A stretch of DNA of 64,000 nt from Octopus bimaculoides (lineage: Eukaryota). Within the stretch, counting starts at the first letter, position 1. Each line of letters starts with the position of its first letter. The DNA lies in contig NC_068988.1 of NCBI RefSeq assembly GCF_001194135.2, positions 87,589,395 to 87,653,394 of the forward strand, written 5' to 3'. Below, in pieces: positions 12,712 to 24,989 of this stretch. Below the pieces are notes generated by a model. The model saw nothing but the letters and a program-made list of their open reading frames with translations, was not told where the DNA came from and did no database searches. Position numbers and translations under genes: made by a program.

Positions 12712-14984
12712 NNNNNNNNNNNNNNNNNNNNNNNNNNNNNNNNNNNNNNNNNNNNNNNNNNNNNNNNNNNNNNNNNNNNNNNNNNNNNNNNNNNNNNNNN
12801 NNNNNNNNNNNNNNNNNNNNNNNNNNNNNNNNNNNNNNNNNNNNNNNNNNNNNNNNNNNNNNNNNNNNNNNNNNNNNNNNNNNNNNNNNNNNNNNNNNNN
12901 NNNNNNNNNNNNNNNNNNNNNNNNNNNNNNNNNNNNNNNNNNNNNNNNNNNNNNNNNNNNNNNNNNNNNNNNNNNNNNNNNNNNNNNNNNNNNNNNNNNN
13001 NNNNNNNNNNNNNNNNNNNNNNNNNNNNNNNNNNNNNNNNNNNNNNNNNNNNNNNNNNNNNNNNNNNNNNNNNNNNNNNNNNNNNNNNNNNNNNNNNNNN
13101 NNNNNNNNNNNNNNNNNNNNNNNNNNNNNNNNNNNNNNNNNNNNNNNNNNNNNNNNNNNNNNNNNNNNNNNNNNNNNNNNNNNNNNNNNNNNNNNNNNNN
13201 NNNNNNNNNNNNNNNNNNNNNNNNNNNNNNNNNNNNNNNNNNNNNNNNNNNNNNNNNNNNNNNNNNNNNNNNNNNNNNNNNNNNNNNNNNNNNNNNNNNN
13301 NNNNNNNNNNNNNNNNNNNNNNNNNNNNNNNNNNNNNNNNNNNNNNNNNNNNNNNNNNNNNNNNNNNNNNNNNNNNNCAACGGTATTGCATATTTTTAAA
13401 AATTATTTTTATAATTCGTATATATTTATTTTATTATAAATGGAAAACAAAACCACAGAGGAATCAATGTAAGCTTAATAAACCGTAATATGGCAAGGGA
13501 TTATTGTGTATATATAAATATATATATAGTAATATATCTATCTAAGAATTTTTGAGGGTTTTCATTTTATTTAATTTAGTTCTTTGTTCTTATTTGGTGA
13601 TCAATTTTGAAACACTATTTTCTAAGCCTGGGAAAGGTAAGAATGGGGTGCAATATTGAATTTTGCACCTCCACAAAATTTAGGGGGTGCAAGTGTACCC
13701 CACTCTTCCCAGGCCCTTGCCAACTGGCATCAATGGTTGAAAAGCATGGCATAAAACTATCACACTGTTTGCCAATCATTAACCCACCACCACCATCATC
13801 ATCATCAATATTATACATTTCAGACCCACAGGAGAAAAGAGACTGATACACTTAGCAATACACATCACACACTTCGTGAAGATGGTCCTCCTCTGTCCGA
13901 TTGTCTCCCTTCTTGCATGCTAATTCTCATTCACTCACATGTAGAGGATCCACTGTTCCTAAAAAATGCATGTATGTGAGTGTGTGTAGGCATGTGGCTT
14001 AGTGGTTGAGGTGCTGCAATTATGATTATGAGATTGTGGTTTCAATTCCTGGAGCGGGCAATGTATTGTATTCTTGAGCAAAACACTCCATTTCATATTG
14101 CTTCCAGTCCACTCAGCTGGCCAAAGTGAGTAAGCTCTTGGAGGAACCAGCATCCCCTACAATGGGTGAATATATACATGACTGGTTTTCTGCAGTTTCC
14201 ATCCACTAAATCCACTCACAAGGCTTTCGTTGGTCTAGGGTAATTGTAGAAGACAACTGTCCAAGGTGCCATGCAATGGTTCTGAACCCCAAATCATGTT
14301 GTTAGGACACACATTTCTTAACACAACCATGCTTGTTCCTTTGATCAAAAACAATAATAATAATAATAATAATAATAATAATCATTTAACGTCTGTTTTC
14401 CATGTTGGCATGGGTTGGCTGGTTTGACAGGAGCTGACCAGCTGAAGAGCTGTTCAGACTCCATATCTGTTTTGACATGGTTCCTATGGCTGGATGCTCT
14501 TCCTAATGCCAACCACTTTACAGAGTGCACTGTTTGTGTGCAGCACTGGTACGGGTGCTTTTTATATGGCACCAGCAATTATGAGCCCACAAGGGCAACC
14601 ACGCTTTTACTTAGCTTGACATGAGCCCTGCAAGTTCAGGAGCACTCAGCCGGAGAGGGTTGCACGGGAAGAGCCTGTATGCAAGGGCAAACAGTTTTTT
14701 ATTTAGCTTGACTCATCTTTTGAAGCACAGCAAACTGTCATGAGTCTTGGTCCCCTGCTATTCCCTCTGTGAGTCCTAACGTCAGTAGTTCCTTTCTTAC
14801 CACTTCATCACATCTTCCTGGGTCTACTCCCTTCTAGATGTTCCAGCTACAATCAGGGATCGGCACCTCTTGATGCAACTGTTTTCATTGATATGCATTA
14901 CATGGCCATACCAGTGCGAAAATGTAAAAAAAAAAAGTAATAAAACAAGACAAAACCAAAGATAATTACAGGAGTGAAATATTC

Positions 14985-16160
14985 TTAGAAACTGTGATAT
15001 AACTTGTAAGAGTATGGAGACCCAGTAATAACATAAAACTGAGTTAAGAGCAGAAAACTATGAGAGCCAATAACCTAAAATATATTGGGAGTCAAAACAT
15101 TTCTCCTATAGTGACTGGCATGAGAGACCATATGGCAGATATCTATGGAAGCCCATATATCAAAACTATGTAAACCAATTTTGCAGAAAATTATGAAAGC
15201 TAATATGGGTGTAATATACGAAATCTCATGTTGTGGGTAACTATAGTAGACAATATTTGTGACAGAAAACTATGGAAGCAAATGCAGCAGAAATATATCA
15301 AAGCTAATGCAGCTGATATTTCATGGTAGGCAATATAGCAGAAAACTATGGAAGCTAATTTGACAGAAAATTATGCAAATTAACTTGGAAAAGATCTTTG
15401 GTAGCCAATATAGCTAATAACTGTAAAAGACCTTATGGTAGAAAATTATGGAAGCCATTATTACAGGAAACTATGAAAGACAATATTGTAAATAACTAGC
15501 TAGAGAAATAGTAGCCAACATAGCTAAAAGACTATGTAAGCCATTGTAGCAGAAAACTATGAAAGACAATACAGTGGAAAACTATGGAAGTCAATATAGT
15601 AGAAAATTATGCAAGTCAATCATCATCATCATTGTCTTAACATCTCTTTCTATACTTGCATGAGTAAGATGGAATTTTGTCAAGGCAAATTTCCTATGAC
15701 AGATGCCCTTCCTGTTGCTAATCCGTATTTGTTTCAAAGTAAGGTAATATTTCCCCAGAATCAGATACATTTTCTTGGAAGATTGGGAATAAAGGATACT
15801 GCCTGCATAATGGTGAACACCAGGCAAGGAGAAAGTAACACACACACACACACACCAAATCCACTCACAAGCCTTAGGTCAACCTAAGGCCATGGTGGAA
15901 AACACTTGCCCAAGGTACCGCTATGCAGTGGGGCTGAACCCAGAACCATGTGGTTGGGAAGAAAACTTCTTAGCACACAGCCACACCTGCACTTTAATGG
16001 TAAGAAAATTTATGAAAGCATCGCAGCAAAATTATTTAAGACAAAAATGTGAGAAAATTATGAAAGCTGGCATGGAAATGCTTATGGACATAGTATTCAT
16101 GGTGGCCCTACACGGCATAAATCTAAGAAGGTTAATATAAAACTATTGGGAAGTAAATAA
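14985..16160 (+). repeat. Degenerate ~25-bp minisatellite (consensus approx. AGAAAACTATGGAAGCCAATATAGC), interrupted by a SINE at ~15620-15992
   Basis: Consecutive units such as agaaaactatggaagcaaatgcagc, agaaaactatggaagctaatttgac, agaaaattatggaagccattattac, agaaaactatgaaagacaatacagt. Similar units resume after ~16000. Confidence 0.8.
15620..15992 (-). mobile_element. Composite SINE (family B head plus a 3' module with an 'aggaagggcatc' motif and (GAT)n tail)
   Basis: The same module order is seen at 35470-35880 and 56305-56795. Confidence 0.7.
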
Positions 16161-16558
16161 AGTGCACGCACATATACACCACATTTGAACATATTTCTGA
16201 ATATAGATTATGAGAGCAAACCAACCCTGTCCAAACACCAGCCTGGCCAGTTCAAACCGACAGTGGCAGGTGTGATCAGGAAAGAGAAATAGTGGGATAG
16301 AAAGAAAGGTGAGAACATTAATGACTTATCTTGGTGGCTTCTTAGTCTTCTCTGTTATCCATTAAAGGTGGACACGATGCAGCATACAGAAGGGGTTAGA
16401 GAGAGAGAGAGAGAGAGAAAGAGAATTGGGGAGGGTGAAGGTGGCGACCAGCAGCAACAGCAGCAGACCCAATTCCTTGCTGTATCAAGCAACAATGCAT
16501 GTCGGAGATGCGGTATTTAAGAAAAATTTGTAGGTTCCATACTTACAATTTGACCTAC

Positions 16559-16633
16559 CTGTCTTCTGAAGTAAAATGCCATCCCACAGGAAACAGTGAG
16601 AAACAGCAGCATAAAGGACAGTGTTCCACTATA
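16559..16633 (-). CDS. Tetraspanin coding exon 3 (TM3: YSGTLSFMLLFLTVSCGMAFYFRRQ)
   Basis: 75 nt, phase 0/0. Strong acceptor tcttttttccatttcAG (16635-16634), donor GTAGGT. Length, phase and hydrophobicity match the TM3 exon of CD151-type tetraspanins, and it joins exons 2 and 4 in frame. Confidence 0.88.
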
Positions 16634-16779
16634 CTGAAATGGAAAAAAGATAATAATAATGATTTCTTTATTGACCACAAAGGATTTACACTAAGAAAAA
16701 CATTAAAGTCAGTACAGGACAAAACAAACGATGTATGTGTATGTGTGTGAGTGTGTTGTAAGGATTTTGCATGTAACCA

Positions 16780-16995
16780 TCATCATCATCATCATCGTTT
16801 AACGTCCGCTTTCCATGTTAGCATGGGTTGGACGATTTGACTGAGGACTGGTGAAACCAGATGGCTACACCAGGCTCCAATCTGATTTGGCAGAGTTTCT
16901 ACAGCTGGATGCCCTTCCTAACGCCAACCACTCAGAGAGTGTAGTGGGTGCTTTTATGTGCCACCGGCACGAAGGCCAGTCACGCGGTACTGGCA
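16780..16995 (-). mobile_element. SINE family C (motif 'gttggcgttaggaagggcatccagctgtag', (GAT)n tail; possibly MetaSINE-related)
   Basis: Closely similar copies at 32990-33203 (-), 39640-39920 (-), 48996-49187 (+), 51706-51860 (+) and 54605-54820 (-). The Meta-domain assignment is from memory and unverified. Confidence 0.85.
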
Positions 16996-17755
16996 AATAA
17001 TAATAATAATCCATTCCTCTACAGGCACATGGCCTGAAAATTGGGGGAGGGGACTAGTCAAATACATTGACTCCAGTACTCAACAGGTACTTATTTTATC
17101 AACTTCAAAAGGATGAAAGGCAAAGTCCACCTTGGCAGAATTTGAATTCAGAACATAAAGATGTGTGAAATGCTGCTAAGCATTTTGCCTGGCAATAATA
17201 ATGGTAGTTACAAATTTAGACACAAAGCCAGCAATTTTATGGGTAAGAGAGGTAGTCAATGTCATCAACCCTGGCACTTGCCCCGACACTCTCAAATCTA
17301 AGGGAGAAAACTAATCCATTCCTCTATCATTATTCACATTTTGTAATGTTTGTTATTAAAATTGGCACATGTGGCTGAATTTCTGCAATTTACTTTGATT
17401 TTTCTTTTTTTAATAGAAACTTTCGTGTGTACTTGGGTAAATTGTTTCTGAAGAGAGTAACTCAGTTAACCCTGTAAATTTCATGCTGCAAAATGGCCAG
17501 GGAAAATCCCTACCTTTTCGCATGTGTGTTTCAGGATTTTTCTATGTCCACACCAGTTTACTATTTGCATTTAATTTATCATTAACATCTCTTTTCATCA
17601 TCTCTTATAGAGTATGATTTCTTTTAGATATAATTATGTCCATTAATTAACAATCACACATGCACAACATTTAAGCAAAAATGACTATTTACATAAAAAA
17701 AAAAGACATCTTTTCTGTAGCAATACCAATTTTTACAATGATTTGACCACAAGTA

Positions 17756-18114
17756 TTGTTGGCACTCCATCGCAGGTTCCAGTTGATCCGATCAACGGAA
17801 CAGCCTGCTCATGAAATTAACGTGCAAGTGGCTGAGTACTCCACAGACAAGTGTACCCTTAACGTAGTTCTCGGGGATATTCAGCGTGACAAGGCTGACC
17901 TTTTGAATTACAGGTCCAACAGAAGCAGGAAGTAAGAGTGAGAGAAGGTTGTGGTGAAAGAGTAGAGCAGGGTTCGCCACCATCCCCTGCCGGAGCCTCG
18001 TGGAGCTTTAGGTGTTTTCGCTCAATAAACACTCACAACGCCCGGTCTGGGAATCGAAACCACGATCCTATGACCGCGAGTTCGCTGCCCTAACCACTGG
18101 GCCATTGCGCCTCC
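17756..18114 (-). mobile_element. tRNA-type SINE family A with a target-site duplication
   Basis: Flanked by gat(t/c)tgaccacaagta at 17740-17755 and 18115-18130 (16 bp, 1 mismatch). Confidence 0.92.
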
Positions 18115-18543
18115 GATCTGACCACAAGTACATACACTATAAGCATTTGAATAAACAAGTCCATTTTTAGGTATTTTCTGCCCCATTATTACAAGACTGA
18201 TCATTTGACTTGGAAAATGTTCAAAAAGATGTTAAGAACTAATCCTTCATACCACAATATAGTTCCATAGCTTATGAATTTATAAAATGAAAGATACTGT
18301 ATTTTCTTCAGTACAGTAACATTCCTACACATTTCTGCACTAACATTTCACTCCAGGTATGAAAAAATTACCTCTGGCATAGAGCTAACCTTATTTAGCT
18401 CAGTGTTGTTGTTGGCATATTTGTTCTTACTATATAAGCATTGGTGCACTAGATTTTTAATAGTCAAAAAAGTTGGTTCATTGTTGAAAACAATAGGTGC
18501 ATGTGACTCACTGATCAAACACTCTATATATATTTTAAGCCTC

Positions 18544-19200
18544 TACAGCATTGAATCAAAAGTTTTGCAGTGTTTTGGTAACTTATTGCTTTAATTGTCA
18601 AGTTACAACAAAAGCAACCTAGCATTTGCAAGTAGAGGCCCATCGTTGTTGCACCATCTGAAGCCACCTTTCTGCCAGTTCTTTGACCCCACGCTGATAC
18701 CAGTTCTTGTCCTTCAAGGTGAAGAACTCCTCTTGGTTGATGATGCATTGCAAGCGCAGGAAGTGATTCACAAATAATAATCTGAGGGAGTTAGGTCCAA
18801 ACTATATGCTGAGTGTGGTATCAGCTCAATTCTTTCAAGTTCTTGAAGTTCAATCAGGATCATTCATGCAGCGTGAGGTCTTGCGTTGTCTTGCTGTGGA
18901 AGAACCTTCTTTCTGTTAACCAATGCCAGGTATTTTTGCCACACAATGGCATGCATCAGCCCCAGTTATTCGGAGTACAGGTTGGCATCGATGGTTTGAC
19001 CGTCTTGAACAAACTTATAAAGAATTATCTACCCCTTCATAATTCTGCCAGATGCAGAGCATCACCTCGTGTTTGAAACGCCCATGTTTAGCGACAGGTT
19101 CTGAAAGCAAACCCTTGCTTAACCACTGCTTATTCATGTTAGAATTATTACCCCTAACTTCATTTCTCCAGAGCAAAAACCAGCAGTGACCCATTAACAA
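18544..19200 (-). mobile_element. Mariner (DD34D-type) transposase remnant
   Basis: Minus frames give 'MLCIWQNYEGV', 'RPHAA', 'PHSAYSLDLTPSDY' and 'EFFTLKDKNWYQRGVKELAERWLQMVQ'. TIR-like end 'tacagcattgaatcaaaagttttgc' at 18544. Confidence 0.8.
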
Positions 19201-20829
19201 AGCAGCCTCTATATGGTCACGTGATCTATTAAAAATAACTACAAAATCTCCCTCAAATCACCCTACACACACACACTGTTTTAATAAAATGAAAGACAGA
19301 TGCATTAGATAATGCAGTCCTTCAAAACATCAAAGAGTTTGTTCACTCATAGTTGTCCATCCAGACCCTCACCTGCTTCCAAGCAAATATTTCCCTATAA
19401 CCAGACATGGTTTTATGAAAGATTAGAAATGAAGGACACAACTTGCATGAAGGTGACACTCGTGTACAGCTATTACATAATGTAAAATGCAATGAGACAC
19501 ACACACACGCACAGAGTTTCCAGCCAAACCGTCCAACCCATGCCAACATGGAAAACAGATGTTAAATGATGATGATGATCACACACACAATGGATGGGCT
19601 TCTTTCAGTTTCCATTTACCAAATCTGCTCACTGGTGTCTTCTATTATAGCCCAGAGCTATAGTAAAAGACATGTGCTCAAAGTGTCATGCAGTGGGATT
19701 GAACCTGGAACCATGTAGTTGAGAAGCCAAACTTCTTATCACACACACACACAGTGCCTACATCAAGTACACAACATACAAAAACAGTCTCCTCACATCA
19801 CTCCTCTGGCCTAATTTTCCCATGATTTAATTTAGATTAAAATATCTAACGAAGATGGAAAAAGAATTGTAATAAGATGTGGTGAGGTGTGTGGTGTTGG
19901 TGTGGTAGTATGAATATAGAATTGGTCATAGTTGTGGTGTAGATATGTTGGTTGCAGTGGTGGTGGTGGTAGTAGTAGCAGTTGCAGTAGTTGTGGCGGT
20001 AGTGTTTATGGAGGGGGGTGTTGTAGTGATTAAAACACTGATTGAGCAGACTCTGTTGCTTAAAGACAATCTGACCTCGACCACCCCGTTTTCCTTTGTA
20101 TATCTAGGGCACCACTGGCTAATGTGTCCTTTTGCAGACAGAGGATGTGATTTGAGGAAATCTGATTGCTATTTTTAGCAGGTTAATTGACCACATTGAG
20201 TGTTTCTTCATTGGTAACAATGGCAGAAGTTACAATGACAGTGACAGTAGTGGTGATGGTTGTGATAGTGGTTGGTGATGATGATAATAATGGTGGCAGT
20301 GGTGGTGATGGTAGTGAAATTATTAGATGTGCCTGAGAGGTAACAAAGAAAAAAAAGAGGTAAGCAACTAGGGAAGTAGCCGTCATCACAGCCACCCCCT
20401 ACCAGTAAACAGTCTAGCCTAGCTACCCCAAGAGACTAGTCTGCCACCCAACTTCCCTCTCACTCTACCATCATCATCAGCATAGCTCACCTCACCAGAA
20501 TTCAAGGTTACCCATGCTAAGAGAGAGAGAGGGGGGGGAGAAGAGAGAGAGAGAGAGAGAAAGAAAAGAGGAGAGAGAAATGGATGGGAGCAGAAAGTGG
20601 AGGATGCTGGGTTGTGGCAGTGGCAATTAAATCCAAAAGCTAATTAGGTTGAAACAAGTAGAGTAGAGTGATATATACTAGCTACTGCTAGACTGATGCC
20701 TACACCATCACCCCACCCGCCAGCACTAGGAATTCATGTCTAGATGTATATTTGCAGGCACACATGTATGAATATGTGTGAGTGTACATACATATACATA
20801 TGTATATAATATAAAGGTATATATGTGTT

Positions 20830-20882
<53 letters not shown>

Positions 20883-21304
20883 TCAAAGGTATACATATAG
20901 CTAAAGTTTGTTGACATACATTTGTATATTAATGCCCTCCTTTCTCTGTCTCTTCACACACACACATACTCAAATGTGTATATATAACTAGTTAAGTTTG
21001 TTTACATACATTTGTATATTAATGCGACTCTTTTCACACACACACACAAACCCATATATATATTATATATATTATATATATATATTTCATTATATGTATT
21101 TATTTCCTCTTAGTTAACAATTAACTCCGACAAAACAAATTGATTAATAGATACCACAAAATAACTGTGGTGTAACTCCTGTTTATGAGGTAGAAACTCC
21201 CTGTTAATTTGGGGTATTTTGAATAAATATAAAATTTAATAAATGGATATGCATATGTTAAATAAAAGAATTCATTTAACATAAGCGTATTACTCCATTT
21301 ATTA

Positions 21305-21341
<37 letters not shown>

Positions 21342-21689
21342 AATGTATGTATGCGCATGCACATTCTAAACTAGGTAGATTTATTTACTGTAGTTAATAT
21401 AAAAAAAAAACAATGTACCTGAATGAATAGGAGGGCCCTCTATGTGGTCAATCAACTTGTTAAAAAAAACAGTCAAATCTCTCAAATCACACCTTACAGT
21501 CATTAAAAAAAAAAGTAAGAAAAGAAAAAGGAGACTGGATAATGCAGCTTCTTAGACAGAATGTCTCAATAAAAGACAGGAGGGTCATGCCTGAATTGTA
21601 TATGATCACATGTCTGTCAAATCAAGCTGACAGCTACAGCAATGGCCAAGAGGAACAAGTGTAATAGATAAAAAGAAACTACAAAAAAT

Positions 21690-21819
21690 GGTGCTGGTGC
21701 TGATGATGATGACAGTGGTAGTGAAGATGATGATGATGATGGTGGTGGAGGTCGTGGTGATGATAGCAGTGGTGATGATAGCAGTGGTGATGATGATGCT
21801 GACCATAATGATAGCGGTG

Positions 21820-21869
<50 letters not shown>

Positions 21870-22160
21870 GAATGAGAATTGGCACTATTGCCAAGAACAT
21901 CTATTTCTGTGTCTTTTGTGTTATTGTTAGCTCTTGTACTGAACTGGAGGTGATGGAGGAGATGGTGGCAGTGCCATGGTGATGGGGGAGCCTCATGTGA
22001 GGATGGCATGCACTGCGACTGTGAGGTGGCAGCAATGGTGATGTAGTGGTAGCAATACCTTGAGTGGTGGTGGTCCACAGTGGAGTGGTAGCATGTAGTA
22101 TGACAGTGGTTCATAGAGTGGTAGTGGTAGTCTGTAGTGTAGTGGTAGTGGTGAATGTTC
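21690..22160. repeat. Low-complexity (GAT/GGT/GTG)n and (GT)n tracts (representative of many in the window)
   Basis: Visible directly. These tracts produce spurious poly-M/V/H/T ORFs. Confidence 0.9.
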
Positions 22161-22472
22161 ATGGCTTAGTGGTTAGGGTATTCGGTTCATAATCGTATGG
22201 TCATGAGTTCGATCCCTGGTGGCGCAGTGTGTCCTTGACCAAGACACTTTATTTCATGTTCCAATCAACTCAGCTGGCAAAAAAATGAGCAGTACCTGTA
22301 ATTCAATGGGCCAGCTTTGTCACACTCCATGTCATGCTGAATCTCCCTAAGAACTATGCTAGGGGCATGCATGTCTGTGGAGTGCTCAACCACTTGCATG
22401 TTAATTTCACAAGCAAGTAGTTACGTTGATTGGATCAACTGGAACCCTCGTCATCAGAATGACAGAGTGCTA
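22161..22472 (+). mobile_element. Older SINE sharing the family A 3' half but with a different 5' half
   Basis: tRNA-like head, 'gtccttgaccaagacactttatttca', then the family A 3' part ('gtctgtggagtgctcaaccacttgc...ggatcaactggaaccctcgtc'). Confidence 0.8.
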
Positions 22473-22509
22473 GTGTGTGTGTGTGTGTGTGTGTGCGTGT
22501 GTGTGTTGT

Positions 22510-22823
22510 GAAAGCATGTGGCTTAGTGGTTAGGGCACTCAGCTCAAGATTCTAAGGTCCTGTGTTCGATACCAGATGGCATATTGAGTCCTTGAGCAAG
22601 ACACTTTATTTCATGTTGCTTCAATTCACCCAGCTGATAAAAAATGAGTAGTACCTGGATTTCAAAGGGCCAGCTTTATCAAATTCTGGGTCACGCTGAA
22701 TCTCCCTGAGAATTCCATTAAGGGTATGCGTGTCTATGGAGTGCTCAGCCACTTGTACATTAATTTTATGAACAAGTTATTCCGTTGATCGGATCAACTG
22801 GAACTCCTAACCGATGGAGTACT
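22510..22823 (+). mobile_element. Second tandem copy of the same hybrid SINE
   Basis: Direct diverged copy of 22161-22472, separated from it by (GT)n. A third copy lies at 62024-62313. Confidence 0.8.
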
Positions 22824-22824
22824 A

Positions 22825-22871
<47 letters not shown>

Positions 22872-22986
22872 TTGTGAAGGTACAAGTCAATGGGAACCCT
22901 CATCAATGCCACCAATGGAGCAGCAGGCAGTGGTAATGGTGGCATGTAGTGTGCCAGTGCTTCAGAGTGGTGATGGTCATATATAC

Positions 22987-23104
22987 CAGGGGTCTTCAAA
23001 CTGTGGTCCGCGGACCACAGGGGGCCCACAAGGACAAGACAGGGGGTCCATGGACAGCCTGAAATATAAAGGAGTCCGCAAGTCAAAAAGTTTGAAAACC
23101 CCTG
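22987..23104. mobile_element. 118-bp hAT-type MITE
   Basis: TIRs caggggtcttcaaact / agtttgaaaacccctg (15/16 match). Perfect 8-bp TSD ATATATAC on both sides. Confidence 0.9.
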
Positions 23105-23713
23105 ATATATACAGTGATAGTTGTGATAACAATGCTGATGTTGTTTAGCCACAGTAAATCCTGGTTGTGCAAACCTATGATCAGAAACGTTCCAACCATA
23201 ACCACCCTGTATTTTTAAGGCTGCCATGGAATAAATTACCTGAAGTTACTTTACTTTCATTTTTTTTTTTTAAGACAATAGAGTATGTTTTGATATGGCT
23301 GCTATTTCTAGCATCTTGAACAACCATACCAGAAGCTCTCTCTCTCACTGGCTCGCGGGCTCCTGGTTGGTGAGAGCAGCTGGAGTGCTGACTGCATTTA
23401 GGATGATAGTGGTGGTGAAAGCAGGTAACATGGTAGTGGTGTTTGCAGTAGCAGTTGTAGCAGTAACAGTGTATTGTATATAGAAGCAGTAATGACTACA
23501 GTGGTGGTAGTGCCTGTGAGTGTAGTGCATACATCAGGGGGAAGAAGGTGACGGTGCCGACCTGCTCTCACCACCACGCATATAGTTGGTAAATGGTTAG
23601 ATGGCGGCGTTGATGAAGTGGTGACGAACAGACTATTCAGGGTTACCAAGCACAGAAAGAACTACAGCTGAGAATAGAATAACCCCCCACACATACACAA
23701 ACATACCGAAACC

Positions 23714-23745
<32 letters not shown>

Positions 23746-23946
23746 TTAATAATTAGCTAGCAGCCTCAGGTGTGCCAACATCACTAAACAAACCACCCAC
23801 CTCCACTCAATCCCCACCAGACTGTGTCTCTAGCTCATATAACAACTAGAAGGCTTATAGTTAGCAAGGTTAATACATTTTTATCATGAGGGCTCCATGA
23901 GGGCCTCATTAAAGCCATTATGCTCACTTCTCTGACAATAACAACA

Positions 23947-24362
23947 CTGTGTAACATGGATTTTGTCCCTGGGTAGTAACTGTTATTTCCTATTAGCTTA
24001 CCCTTAGAAAGTGTGAAGAATGCCTAATATTTCCTTCAAACCATGCTTTTGTTACATTTATTCAAATTCCAAAGAATCCCTCTCAACACATGGGTATGAT
24101 GTTCTCCCACTACTTGTGCTAATGATCATGAATGCACTAAGGGACGTGCTCAAGTGGTTACGGTCAAGTCGCTGATTTGCAAATCTGTGATACTGAACAG
24201 AATATTTGCCCCCCCAAAAAAAAAAAATTTCTGCTTCAGCAACTCGGCGCTAAATCTGTCTGAAATGTAATGGAAAATAGGGGAGTTTCCAAACATTGAT
24301 GTCCAGGTCACAAGAGCAGAGTTTGAAGAGAATGGTAGTCATTTCCTTTGGTTTCTAGACCA
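23947..24362. repeat. Unclassified ~410-bp dispersed repeat
   Basis: A colinear diverged copy in the same orientation lies at 52411-52822 (shared 'gaatccctctcaacacatgg', 'ctgcttcagcaactc', 'aatctgtctgaaatgtaat'). Confidence 0.8.
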
Positions 24363-24759
24363 AAGCCAAAACAAATATGAATTAGGAATCACTCTTGCAA
24401 TCTCAAGTGCAAGATGCTAGTCTACTAACATGCCTAACACTCCTCCAAAATCTGGGATAATCATTCTTATTGTTTTAACATCCATTTTTCCATCATGCTG
24501 GCATGAGTCAGATACAGTTTATTGAAGTAGATTTTCTACGACTGGATGTTCTGCCTACCTCTAATCCTCACTGGCTTCTAAAGCAGGTAATATTTCTCCA
24601 TGGCCAGACATGTTTCGGTGGAACATACCAAATGAACAACACTGCTTGTCTGACAGCAACATTCATTTACAACTATCACGCAAACATGAAGAAACACACA
24701 CACACACATTCACAACCATCATGTTCGATGCTGGCATGGGTTGGCTGGTTTGATAGGAT

Positions 24760-24930
24760 CTAGGATCTTGAGATCAGCCTTCACTACTTTGTCCTGTTTC
24801 ACTGGGTCTCCCTCTTCCACGAGCTTCATCTACCTTCTGTATGCAGCTGTCCTCCATCCATACACATCACATGACCAAACCAGCAATCCTCTCTCTTGTA
24901 CACATCTGATTATTCTTATGACTACTTTTT
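24760..24930 (-). mobile_element. RTE LINE ORF2 3' fragment
   Basis: 'VVIRIIRCVQERGLLVWSCDVYG...KLVEEGDPVKQDKVVKADL' is a decayed version of 'IR..VQERRLRWYGHV.RM...EVVK.DL'. Confidence 0.6.
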
Positions 24931-24989
24931 CTATCAATACATGTATGTGTGTATGTGGGTGCATATATACAGAGACACAGAAACATACA

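Noticed and set aside
20480-20520. Possible micro-exon (ttAG CATGGGTAACCTTGAATTCTG GTGAGG) after a (CT)n tract
   Set aside because: Inserted in phase 0 between exons 2 and 3 it reads CAT GGG TAA (stop). The pyrimidine tract is a microsatellite.
22161-22215. tRNA-like A/B-box segments here and at all SINE heads
   Set aside because: No complete cloverleaf is present and each runs directly into SINE body sequence, so none was called as a tRNA gene.
19870-23650. Poly-Val/Met/His/Thr ORFs suggesting low-complexity proteins (also 1480-1620 and 48020-48370)
   Set aside because: They derive from degenerate trinucleotide and dinucleotide microsatellites, with no splice or homology support.
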